Assembly (NCBI GenBank): GCA_022826665.1
Contig: JAJDUK010000047.1
Location: forward strand, 137,442-201,441
Direction of reading: 5' to 3'
Origin: Alphaproteobacteria bacterium
GTDB lineage: Bacteria > Pseudomonadota > Alphaproteobacteria > UBA828
DNA length: 64,000 nucleotides
Under the pieces are notes generated by a model. The model made no database searches. It was not told the origin of the DNA and was given only the letters and a program-made list of their open reading frames with translations. Position 1 is the stretch's first letter. Every line of letters begins with the position of its first letter. The position numbers and the translations under genes were made by a program. Of this stretch, positions 40,549-50,992 are shown piece after piece.

Positions 40549-41070
40549 TCACTTCCGACCGCAAAGGTGCTGAACGATCTTGGGATTGGGCGGTGGGACT
40601 GCGCGGTGCTCGTAGGCGACGACCGTGAGACGGCCTGCGGCGAGCGCCAGCAGCTCGCCCCGCTGCAGCAGGTAGTCCGGGTTGCGCGGGCGGCCGAAGC
40701 GTTCGTTGCCGACGGCGAAGGTCTCGTAAAGGAAGACGCCGCCCGGCCGAAGGCAATCCACGAGCGGGACCAGCAGCGGGCGGAACAGATAATCCGTCAC
40801 CGCCACGGCATCGAACCGGCGCCCGGCGAGCGGCTCGGCACCGGGGCGCTCCAGGTCCGTCTCGACGATCTCGACCAGAGGATCGTCCTTGAGATCAGCG
40901 AGGCCCGAGGTGTCGATGTCGATGGCCGTGACCTGCAGGCCGTGCTCGCGCAGATAGCGCGTGTGCCGGCCGCCGCCGCAGGCGAGATCGAGCACGTGGC
41001 CGCCTTCGGCGATCAGGCCAGCATGGCGGACGATCCAGGGGGAGGGGACGCGCGAGCGATGACTGTGCAT
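40549..41070 (-). CDS. Class I SAM-dependent methyltransferase (TehB-like)
   Basis: VLDLACGGGRH, DLE, YLFRPL, YETF, P.NPDYLL..GEL. Confidence 0.82.
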   Translation of the reverse strand: MHSHRSRVPSPWIVRHAGLIAEGGHVLDLACGGGRHTRYLREHGLQVTAIDIDTSGLADLKDDPLVEIVETDLERPGAEPLAGRRFDAVAVTDYLFRPLLVPLVDCLRPGGVFLYETFAVGNERFGRPRNPDYLLQRGELLALAAGRLTVVAYEHRAVPPPNPKIVQHLCGRK

Positions 41071-41165
41071 GGCAGCAATAGCGGTGAGGGCAGTTGAATC
41101 TTCGTATAGTTTCGGGGTTTTATGGTACGTTGCAGTAACCGTGGCAGCGAGCCGGGCGCACCCAC

Positions 41166-41615
41166 ATGATCGTGTTCGACCTCAAGTGCGGCAAGGACCA
41201 CGTGTTCGAGGGCTACTTTGCCGACTCCGCGACCTACGAGCAGCAGGCGGAGGCGGGCGAGATCGCGTGCCCCTATTGCGGCGACGTCGAGATCGCCAAG
41301 GCGCCGATGGCCCCTAACATCGCGGTCAACAACAAGGCGCGGGGCAAGCCCGAGCCGGCACCCGCGCCCGCGCCCAAGCCGACCCCGCCGGAGATGGCCC
41401 GCGCGATCGGGACGCTGCGGCGCATGCGCTCCTATATCGAGAAGAACTTCGATCATGTGGGCGAGCGCTTCCCCGAGGAGGCGCGCAAGATCCACTATGG
41501 CGAGGTCAAGCGCCGCAGCATCTACGGCGACGCCACCAAGGAGGAGGTCGGCGAGCTCGCCGACGAGGGGATCGAGGTCGGCGAGGTCCCCTGGGTCCCC
41601 CGCCACGACGCTTAG
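41166..41615 (+). CDS. DUF1178-family protein
   Basis: MIVFDLKC..DHVFEGYF, CPYCG, KAPMAP, FPEEARKIHYGE. Confidence 0.9.
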   Translation: MIVFDLKCGKDHVFEGYFADSATYEQQAEAGEIACPYCGDVEIAKAPMAPNIAVNNKARGKPEPAPAPAPKPTPPEMARAIGTLRRMRSYIEKNFDHVGERFPEEARKIHYGEVKRRSIYGDATKEEVGELADEGIEVGEVPWVPRHDA

Positions 41616-41640
41616 CCGCAGGGCGGTCCGCCGCGGTCGC

Positions 41641-42447
41641 TTAGGTGTCGGGCTTCCTGGCGTGAACGATGTAATTCACTGAAAGATTGGGGCTCGTGGT
41701 CCAGCCGCCGGCGAGCGGGTTGTAAACCATGCCCCGCATGTCGGCGACGGTGAGGCCCCGGCGGCGCAGCAGGCGCACCATCTCGGCCGGGCGGACGAAG
41801 CGCGACCAGTCGTGGCTGCCGGCCGGCAGCCAGCCCAGGATCCTCTCGCCCGCGACGATGGCAAGCGCGTAGGCCGCAAGCGTGCGGTTGAGCGTTGCCA
41901 CGACGAACGTCCCGCCGGGCTTGATCAGGCTCGCGCAAGCCTCGGCGAAGGCGTCGAGATCGGCCACATGCTCGACGATCTCCAGAGCTAGCACGGCGTC
42001 GAAACGCTCGCCGTCTGCCGCCAGCGCCTCCGCCGTGGCGTGGCGATAGTCAATGGCGAGCCCCTGTTCCTCGGCGTGATGGCGGGCCGCGCGGACGTTG
42101 GCCTCCGCCGCATCGATGGCGACCACGTCGGCGCCGAGCCGGCAGAGCGGCTCGGCCATCAGGCCGCCGCCGCAGCCGACATCGAGGAGTCTCAAGCCCG
42201 TCAGAGGCTTGAGCGCCGCTGCGCCCTCGGCGCGCGCGCCGGGCTCTCTCCCCGCCAACAGCGCATCCCGCACGTAGGCGATGCGCACCGGGTTCAGCGC
42301 GTGGAGCGCGCGAAAGGCACCGTGGCGGTCCCACCAGCGCTCGGCGAACGCGGCGAAGCGCTCGACCTCCGCCGGGTCGACGCTGGGGTCGGTCGCGGGC
42401 TCCGCGCCCGGCCCCGGCCCTTTCGGCTTGCTCCCCTCCTGGGCCAT
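41641..42447 (-). CDS. ubiG: Ubiquinone biosynthesis O-methyltransferase
   Basis: WWD, LHALNPVR, LDVGCGGG, EIVEHV, TLNRT, HDW. Confidence 0.93.
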   Translation of the reverse strand: MAQEGSKPKGPGPGAEPATDPSVDPAEVERFAAFAERWWDRHGAFRALHALNPVRIAYVRDALLAGREPGARAEGAAALKPLTGLRLLDVGCGGGLMAEPLCRLGADVVAIDAAEANVRAARHHAEEQGLAIDYRHATAEALAADGERFDAVLALEIVEHVADLDAFAEACASLIKPGGTFVVATLNRTLAAYALAIVAGERILGWLPAGSHDWSRFVRPAEMVRLLRRRGLTVADMRGMVYNPLAGGWTTSPNLSVNYIVHARKPDT

Positions 42448-42563
42448 CATCGCGTTCCCCTCCGGCCAGGCCGCCCGCTTGCGCGGCCAAAGCTGAGCCA
42501 GTATGTAGGGCCGTCTCCACGACCGGCAAGCGTCGCCTCCCCGACGCAGACGCAGCCCACCCG

Positions 42564-43787
42564 ATGGCACTCATCGTTCACAAATACGGCGGCACGTCGC
42601 TGGCCGACCTCGACCGAATCAACGCGGTCGCCGACCGGGTGAAGGCGGCGTTCGATGCCGGCGATGAGATCGCGGTCGTGGTCTCTGCCATGGCCGGCAC
42701 CACTGACCAGTTGGTCTCTTGGGTCCGGGCCGCGGCGCCTCTCCACGACGCGCGGGAATACGACACGGTCGCCGCTGCGGGCGAGCAGATCACCGCCGGC
42801 CTGCTGGCGCTCGCGCTGCAGAGCCGCGGGGTCACAGCACGCTCGTGGCTGGGCTGGCAAATCCCGATCCACACGGATGGCGGCCACGGCCGCGCCAGAA
42901 TCGAGGGGATCGAGACGAGGGAGCTGCACAAGCGGCTCGGCAGACGCGAGGTGCCGGTGGTCGCAGGCTTCCAGGGCTTGGGCCCGCTCGGGCGGATCAC
43001 GACCCTCGGCCGGGGTGGCACCGATACCTCGGCAGTCGCCCTCGCCGCGGCGCTGGGCGCCGACCGCTGCGACATCTTCACCGACGTGGAGGGCGTCTTC
43101 ACCGCCGACCCCCGCGTCGTTGCGACGGCGCGCAAGCTGACTAAGATCACCTACGAGGAGATGCTGGAGCTCGCCTCCCTCGGCGCCAAGGTCTTGCAGA
43201 TTCGCGCCGTCGAGATGGCGATGAAGCACCAGGTGCCGCTTCAGGTTGCCTCCAGCTTCGCCGATACCCCCGGAACATTCGTGGTCGATGAGGACGACAT
43301 CGTGGAACAGGAGCGGGTCAGCGGGATCGCCTACAGCAGGGACGAGGCCAAGATCACGGTGATGGGCGTCGCCGACCGGCCCGGCGTCGCGGCGGCCATC
43401 TTCGGGCCGCTGGCGGACGGCAACGTCAACGTCGACATGATCGTGCAGAACATCTCCGCCGACGGCACGACCGACCTCACTTTCACGGTGGCGGAGGCCG
43501 ATCTGGACCGCTCGATCGCGATTCTCGAGGAGACGCGGGGCGCAGTCGCCTACGAGCGGCTGGTGGCGGACCAGGGCGTGGTCAAGGTCTCGGTGATCGG
43601 CGTCGGCATGCGCAGCCACGCCGGGGTGGCGCAGACGATGTTCGCCGCGCTTGCCCAGAAGGGCATCAACATCCAGGTGATCTCGACCTCGGAGATCAAG
43701 ATCAGCGTGCTGGTTTCCGAAGACTATACCGAGCTTGCCGTGCGCGCTCTCCACGCGGCCTACGGACTGGACGACCGTGAGCCCTGA
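42564..43787 (+). CDS. lysC: Aspartate kinase
   Basis: KYGGTS, VVSAM, TTLGRGGTD, two ACT domains, STSEIK. Confidence 0.95.
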   Translation: MALIVHKYGGTSLADLDRINAVADRVKAAFDAGDEIAVVVSAMAGTTDQLVSWVRAAAPLHDAREYDTVAAAGEQITAGLLALALQSRGVTARSWLGWQIPIHTDGGHGRARIEGIETRELHKRLGRREVPVVAGFQGLGPLGRITTLGRGGTDTSAVALAAALGADRCDIFTDVEGVFTADPRVVATARKLTKITYEEMLELASLGAKVLQIRAVEMAMKHQVPLQVASSFADTPGTFVVDEDDIVEQERVSGIAYSRDEAKITVMGVADRPGVAAAIFGPLADGNVNVDMIVQNISADGTTDLTFTVAEADLDRSIAILEETRGAVAYERLVADQGVVKVSVIGVGMRSHAGVAQTMFAALAQKGINIQVISTSEIKISVLVSEDYTELAVRALHAAYGLDDREP

Positions 43788-43804
43788 AGCGGGGCGCCCG
43801 GTCG

Positions 43805-44896
43805 ATGACTGAAGCGCGCGAGCGCGCGCTCCAGCGGCTCGATGCCTACTGGGCGCGGGGGCGGGCCTTCCTCGGCACCCGCTACGCAATCATGGGCGGG
43901 GCGATGTCGTGGGTCTCCGAGCGGAACCTGGTGGCCGCCATCTCCAACGCCGGCGGCTTCGGCGTGGTGGCCTGCGGCTCGCTGGCCCCGGATCAGCTCG
44001 CAGCGGAGATCGACGGAGTCTACGAGCGCTGCGACAAGCCCTTCGGGGTCAACATCATCGTCATACACCCGGAGCTCGATGCGCTCGTCGCGACCTGCGT
44101 CGAGCGGCGCGTGGGCCACGTGGTGCTCGCCGGCGGCCTGCCGCCGAAGCGGACGATCGAGACGCTGAAGCAGGCCGGTACCCGCGTCGTCGCCTTCGCA
44201 CCGACGCTGCCGCTCGCCCGCAGGCTCGCCAAGCAGGGCATCGACGCGCTCATCATCGAGGGCATGGAGGCGGGCGGGCATATCGGGCCGGTCTCCACCA
44301 ACGTGCTCGCCCAGGAGGTGCTGCCCCATTTCGACGAGGTGCCGGTCTTCGTCGGCGGCGGCATCGGGCGGGGCGACGCGGTCGCGCTCTATCTCGCAAT
44401 GGGCGCGGCCGGCTGCCAGTTGGGTACCCGCTTCGTCTGCGCGACGGAATCCATCGCCCATCCGCGCTTCAAGCAGGCGATGATCCGCGCGAATGCGCGC
44501 GATGCGCGGCTCTCGGTGCAGGTGGACCCCGATTTTCCCGTAATTCCGGTGCGCGCCGTCGCCAACAAAGCGACGGAGCGATTCGAGGCGTTTCAACGGG
44601 AGACCATCGCGCGCTATCGCCAGGGCGAGATGGAACTGGGCGAGGCCCGGCTCGCCATCGAGCACTTCTGGGCCGGTGCGCTGCGCCGGGCCGCGATCGA
44701 AGGCGATGTCGAAGACGGTTCTCTGATGGCCGGCCAAAGCGTCGGCATGGTGACATCGGAGCAGTCGACAAGCGAGATTGTCGCTGAACTGTTGGACCAG
44801 GCAGTAAATGCGCTCGCTCTCAGCGCCGAACGTGGAGCCGCGGGCCTTGCTGACGGTAATCGACCGGCGCATCGTCCTCTACCCGCCAGTGCATAA
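43805..44896 (+). CDS. Nitronate monooxygenase/FabK-family flavin oxidoreductase
   Basis: GGAMSWVSE, EGMEAGGHIG, GGIG, GCQLGTRF, GSLMAGQSVG. Confidence 0.85.
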   Translation: MTEARERALQRLDAYWARGRAFLGTRYAIMGGAMSWVSERNLVAAISNAGGFGVVACGSLAPDQLAAEIDGVYERCDKPFGVNIIVIHPELDALVATCVERRVGHVVLAGGLPPKRTIETLKQAGTRVVAFAPTLPLARRLAKQGIDALIIEGMEAGGHIGPVSTNVLAQEVLPHFDEVPVFVGGGIGRGDAVALYLAMGAAGCQLGTRFVCATESIAHPRFKQAMIRANARDARLSVQVDPDFPVIPVRAVANKATERFEAFQRETIARYRQGEMELGEARLAIEHFWAGALRRAAIEGDVEDGSLMAGQSVGMVTSEQSTSEIVAELLDQAVNALALSAERGAAGLADGNRPAHRPLPASA

Positions 44897-45147
44897 CAGC
44901 AGCTTTACAATGCGTAAGTCTATGATTGCGCAGGATGACGGCCGATGATAACATCGTGGGCCTGGCTGTTAGTAACGGGGGACGGCTGATCGGGTCGCAG
45001 TCTTCTAGCGTCAGAAGAATAACTGGCGAAATGAGGCGGTGACGCGAACACAATATGGAGCGTATTGGACGTTCGCAAACGGGTGTCTGAGCGCGCATCG
45101 CCGGCTGGGAGGGCGGCGTTCGTGCTCGCTGTTGCGGGACGTGAGTC

Positions 45148-46740
45148 ATGAAGGAACCTCTGCGGGTGCCGTTCGAAGCATCCGAGCCTGATCTGGCCGG
45201 TCCGCGACTCGTTCACGAGACGGGCCGCGACGACCCACATGCCCTCCCGAGCTTTTGCGAAGAGCTGCGGGAAGCGCGGACCAGGGGCGGCTACAGCGTG
45301 GCCGACGCCGCTCACGTGCTGCGCATTCAAGAGCACTATCTTGAAGCGCTTGAGGAAGGTCGCTTCGACCAAATCCCCGGCACCACTTATACAATAGGGT
45401 TCTTGCGCAGCTATTCGGGCTTTCTCGGGCTCGATCCAGACGAGATCGTCGACGCGTTCAAGCGCGAGCAAGGGCTTGAAAAGAGCGAGCAGAGGCTGGC
45501 TTTTCCGTCGCCTACCGACAGCAGCCCCAAACCGAAATTCTGGCTTATCCTCCTCGTTCTGGTGCTGGCGGGCCTCGCCTACGGCGGCTGGCAGTATCAG
45601 TCGACCGGTGGACAGATTGCGACTGATCTCGTCGACGACGTTTCGACGCGGCTGACCGAGGCGGTGGGCCTGAGCGAGACCGTCGCAACCGAGGAGACGG
45701 CCGCCGCAAGCCAGACAGCGACTGCTACGGCCGATACCGCGCCTGCGGTCGAGCCCGCCGGGGAGACGGCTGCCGCGACCGCCGAAGCGGTTGTCGCGGA
45801 GGAGGCGACGCCCGCGCCGGTGGAACCTGCATCGACGGCGGTGGTCGAGCCGCCTCCCGCTCCCTCCGCGGTACGGCAGGAAGAGCCTGTAACGGTAGAT
45901 CCCGCTCCGGCGGCCCCCGACGCGACGGATGTCGCCTCGGCTGATCTCATCCCGGCGGCCGAGGTGTGGGAAGAAGCCGGGCCGGCCGAGGCGACGGAGG
46001 TGGCCGCGCTTCAGGGGTCGCAGCCGGAGGACGCACAGGCCCCGCTGTCACCTGCCACGGTCGAAGCGACGCCTGAGCCGACGGCGCAGACCGAGCCTGC
46101 TCCGGCGGCCGAGGTGGCCGCGCCGAGCGAGCCGGCCGTCGCGCCTGCGGAAATGCCCGATCGGGGTACGCCGATCGCGGCCCCGCTTGATCTCGCGATC
46201 GTCGCCACTGGCGGGACAAGTAGCCCCGCGACCGGCACTGACGAAGCTGTTGCGGGCGACGGCGCGGCGACCAGCGACGCCACCAGCAACGCTGACGCTG
46301 CCGACGCCGATGTCATCGTGACCGCCGCGCTCGAACCTGCATCGCCGGAGCCGACAATCGAGGCAACGCCGGAGCAGACCGCCCCGCCCGCGACTCCGGC
46401 GGCGGCGGAGCCCGAACTGCCGGTGGATACCGGCTACGTTCCCAAGGTCTACGGGCGAAGCAATCTCGACGCTCGCGTGATCATTACGGCGATCGACGAT
46501 AGCTGGGTCCAGGTCCAGGGGCCGGACAACGAGTTGCTGTTGACGCGGATCCTGCACGCGGGCGATACGTACCGCGTGCCGGACCGTCCTGGTCTGCTCA
46601 TGGTGACCGGCAACGCCGGCGGCCTTGAGATTCAGGTCGATAACGCCCCGGCGCCGGCCCTCGGTCCGCTCGGCGTGGTCATTCGGAATATCGCACTCGA
46701 CCCGGATCGCCTCCTGGCCGGTACCGCTATCGGCGGGTAA
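45148..46740 (+). CDS. rodZ: RodZ-like cytoskeleton protein (HTH, TM, Ala/Pro/Glu linker, DUF4115)
   Basis: LREAR..YLEALEEG..Y.IGFLRSY HTH, single TM, SWVQV…TGNAGGL. Confidence 0.85.
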   Translation: MKEPLRVPFEASEPDLAGPRLVHETGRDDPHALPSFCEELREARTRGGYSVADAAHVLRIQEHYLEALEEGRFDQIPGTTYTIGFLRSYSGFLGLDPDEIVDAFKREQGLEKSEQRLAFPSPTDSSPKPKFWLILLVLVLAGLAYGGWQYQSTGGQIATDLVDDVSTRLTEAVGLSETVATEETAAASQTATATADTAPAVEPAGETAAATAEAVVAEEATPAPVEPASTAVVEPPPAPSAVRQEEPVTVDPAPAAPDATDVASADLIPAAEVWEEAGPAEATEVAALQGSQPEDAQAPLSPATVEATPEPTAQTEPAPAAEVAAPSEPAVAPAEMPDRGTPIAAPLDLAIVATGGTSSPATGTDEAVAGDGAATSDATSNADAADADVIVTAALEPASPEPTIEATPEQTAPPATPAAAEPELPVDTGYVPKVYGRSNLDARVIITAIDDSWVQVQGPDNELLLTRILHAGDTYRVPDRPGLLMVTGNAGGLEIQVDNAPAPALGPLGVVIRNIALDPDRLLAGTAIGG

Positions 46741-46845
46741 GCGCGCAGAGCGGCACCTGCTGCTTGCCGAGATAGTCGAAACGAGTCACTAAACCCGCCA
46801 CCGTCACGCCGGGAGCAGCACCGGCACCGTTCGGGAACCCAGACA

Positions 46846-48107
46846 GTGCGTAGAATTCAGCCGGTTCGTGGAACGCACGACCTCGCGGCGGACGAGATGC
46901 GCCGCCACCGCCACGTCATCGAGCACGCCCGCGCGCTTGCTGCCCGCTACGGGTTTGCCGAGGTGGCGACGCCGATCTTCGAGTTCAGCGACGTGTTCCG
47001 CCGCACTTTGGGCGATACCTCCGACATCGTGACCAAGGAGATGTACACCTTTGCCGACCGCAGCGGCGCGGAGATCACGCTCAGGCCGGAGAACACGGCG
47101 GGCGTCGCCCGCGCGGTGATCGGCGGCACCTTCGGTGAGCGCCGGCCCTTTAAGTGCTTCTACGCCGGGCCGATGTTTCGCTACGAACGGCCGCAAAAGG
47201 GTCGGCTGCGCCAGTTCCATCAAATCGGCGTCGAGCTGATCGGCGCTCCCGAACCGCTCGCCGATATCGAGGTGATCGCTCTCGGCGCGCACTTGCTCGA
47301 GGCGCTCGGCGTGCTCGACCGGGTCACACTGGAGATCAACACGCTCGCCGACGAGGCCAGCCGACGCGCCTACCGGGCGGCGCTCGTCGCCTACCTCGAG
47401 GCTCACGAGGACTCGTTGTCGGAGGAGAGCAGGCAGCGGCTCCAGCGCAATCCGCTGCGCGTCCTCGATTCCAAGGACAAGGGCGATAAGGACGTGCTGG
47501 CCGACGCGCCTGAAATCGATGCGCACCTGAGCGCGGAGGCCGCAGCGTTCTTCGACGGCGTTTGCGAGGGGCTCAGCGAGCTCGGAATCGCCTTCACCCG
47601 CAACCCTCGCCTCGTGCGCGGCCTCGATTACTACTGCCACACGGCCTTCGAGTTCACGACCGAGGCGCTCGGCGCCCAGGGCGCCGTGCTCGCCGGCGGC
47701 CGCGAAGACGGCCGGGTGGAAACGATGGGCGGGCCGCCCACGCCCGGAGTCGGCTGGGCCGGCGGCATCGAGCGGCTGGCCGCTCTGGTGGAAGAGGTGG
47801 TGGGCGAGGTGCCGGCGGCGCCCCGGCCCATCGCCATCGTGCCGCTCGGCGCGCGCGCCGAGGCCGCCGCACTCGGGCTCGCCCAGCGCCTCAGGCGCGA
47901 GGGCTTCGCGGTGGAGCTGACCTATCGCGGCTCACTCTCGAAACGGCTCAAGCGGGCCGATCAGGCGCGCGCCGCGGCGGCGGTCATTCTTGGCGATGAC
48001 GAGATGGAGCGCGGCGTGGCCACGATCCGCGATCTCGACAGCGGCACGCAAGTCGAGGCGCCGGAGGCCGAGCTCGGCACGCATCTCGCCCGCTACGCGC
48101 CCGGCCC

Positions 48108-48111
<4 letters not shown>
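46846..48111 (+). CDS. hisS: Histidine--tRNA ligase
   Basis: [39 protein letters not shown]; GGRYDG motif reads GGREDG. Confidence 0.95.
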
Positions 48112-49192
<1,081 letters not shown>

Positions 49193-49196
<4 letters not shown>

Positions 49197-50068
49197 CCGG
49201 GGCTACGGCGAGCCGGGCGGCGGCGCTCGGCGCCGCGGCTTCGGCGCTGCGCGCGGCGGGCATCGATGCGCCGCGCCGCGATGCCCGGGTGCTGATGCAG
49301 CACGCGCTGGGGCTCGCGCCCGAAGCCCTGCTCGCGGACGACCATGTGCCGCTCGGCGAGGGCGAGGTCCGGCGGCTGGCGGCGCTGGTCCGCCGCCGGG
49401 CGGCGCGCGAGCCGATCGCTTATCTCACCGGCAGGCGCGAGTTCTGGGGTCTCGACTTCGCGGTCGACCGTTCCGCGTTGGTGCCGCGTCCGGAGAGCGA
49501 ATCCTTGGTCGAGGCGGTGCTCGCGCACACCGCGCGGCTCCCGGCCCACCCGCGGCTGCTCGACCTCGGCACCGGCACGGGCTGTCTGCTGGTCGCGCTC
49601 CTCACCGAACTTCCCGGCGCGGTCGGCCTCGGCATCGATGTCAGCGACGCCGCTGTCTCGCTCGCGCGGCGCAACGCTTATCACCACGGTCTCGGCGAAC
49701 GGGCCTCCTTCGCCGTTGCCGATTGGGGCGCACCACTCGCCGCTCGCTTCGATATCGTGGTGAGCAATCCACCTTATGTGGCGTCGCCGGAGCTGGCATC
49801 GCTTGCGCCGGAGATTACCCGCCACGAGCCGCGAACGGCGCTTGCTGGCGGGGATGACGGATACGAAAGTTACCGGCAACTTGCCCCGCAAGTCGCGCAA
49901 CTCCTGGCGCCAAGAGGCCTGGCAGCGATCGAGCTTGGTGCGGGGATGGCGGATGAAGTCGAGTCGTTGTTTGTTGCATCCGGACTCGTAGAAATCAGCC
50001 GTCGGCGTGACCTCGCCGGCATCGAGCGCTGCGCTCTGTTTGCCCGCGATACCGACGCCGGATTCTGA
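49193..50068 (+). CDS. prmC: Release factor glutamine methyltransferase
   Basis: REP, PRPESE, DLGTGTG, SNPPY; follows prfA. Confidence 0.95.
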
Positions 50069-50284
50069 TCCGAAGAGGACTTAATTTTGCCGGCGGAACA
50101 TGCCGGCTTGGAAAAAAAGTTGTTGCAAACTGCGCACGTATGGGTAGGGTTCCGGGACTCGCGAACCTTGACCGGATGAACGGTCTCGCAGAGTTCCTCA
50201 GCGAAAGAAGCTGGCAAGCGTGCTTGGACGCAACGGAGTCGGAGCGCGGCTTGTGGACGCCGACCAGGGGAGAAGGCGATTCAC

Positions 50285-50734
50285 ATGAAGGGTCCCAACA
50301 ACAAGCGCCCGCGCGGGTATAGGGGCAACGGACGACGCCCCGGATTTCACGGTCGCGGGTCGACCTTCGAGAGCAACGGTCCCGAAGGAAAGATCCGCGG
50401 TACCGCGTTCCAGGTCATCGAGAAATATCAGGCCCTGGCGCAAGATGCGCTCTCGTCGGGAGACCGAATCGGCGCCGAAAATTTCTTCCAGCACGCCGAG
50501 CATTATTACCGTGTTGTTGCAGCCAATGGCTGGGATCAGCGCGGGCAACGCCAGCACGGTCAGCAGCCTCAACATTCGCAGCAACAGCCGCAACCTCAGC
50601 AGCGCGTCGAGCCCGAGAAAAACTCGGGCGGAGCGCAGGAACAGGCGGCAAGCGCCGAGCCTCAGGCCCAGGCGACCGCGAGCGAGGAAGCACCGGCGGA
50701 CGCGACCGAGGAGCGCGCGCCCCAGGCTTCCTAA
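50285..50734 (+). CDS. DUF4167-family protein
   Basis: FESNGP..KIRG, EKYQALA.DA, AENFFQHAEHYYR. Confidence 0.9.
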   Translation: MKGPNNKRPRGYRGNGRRPGFHGRGSTFESNGPEGKIRGTAFQVIEKYQALAQDALSSGDRIGAENFFQHAEHYYRVVAANGWDQRGQRQHGQQPQHSQQQPQPQQRVEPEKNSGGAQEQAASAEPQAQATASEEAPADATEERAPQAS

Positions 50735-50855
50735 TCCGGGCGCCAGACCCTACCCAGTCCTTTTCAGGTAAGTTTTTCCCAGTCGGCGGGCCCGCGCGGC
50801 GCGTGTTTTACGCGCGCGGACACGTGATGTGTAAGGGATGGCAAGAGGGGCCACC

Positions 50856-50883
50856 CTTGCCGCGCCGCCTCGACACCCCATAT
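50856..50883 (+). promoter_or_regulatory. Putative sigma-32 (RpoH) promoter of clpB
   Basis: CTTG-N17-CCCATAT about 110 bp upstream of the clpB start. Confidence 0.7.
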
Positions 50884-50992
50884 AGGGAACGGTTGCTCAG
50901 CGACCCGGCATCCGGCTGCGGGCCTCGTTCGAGGCCATGAGAGTGCGACCGTATTCGGCTCTCGTCAGCGGATGGCCAACGAGGGATGACAC

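Noticed and set aside
45660-46420. Ala/Pro/Glu/Thr-rich low-complexity tract
   Set aside because: Normal periplasmic linker of RodZ, only somewhat long.
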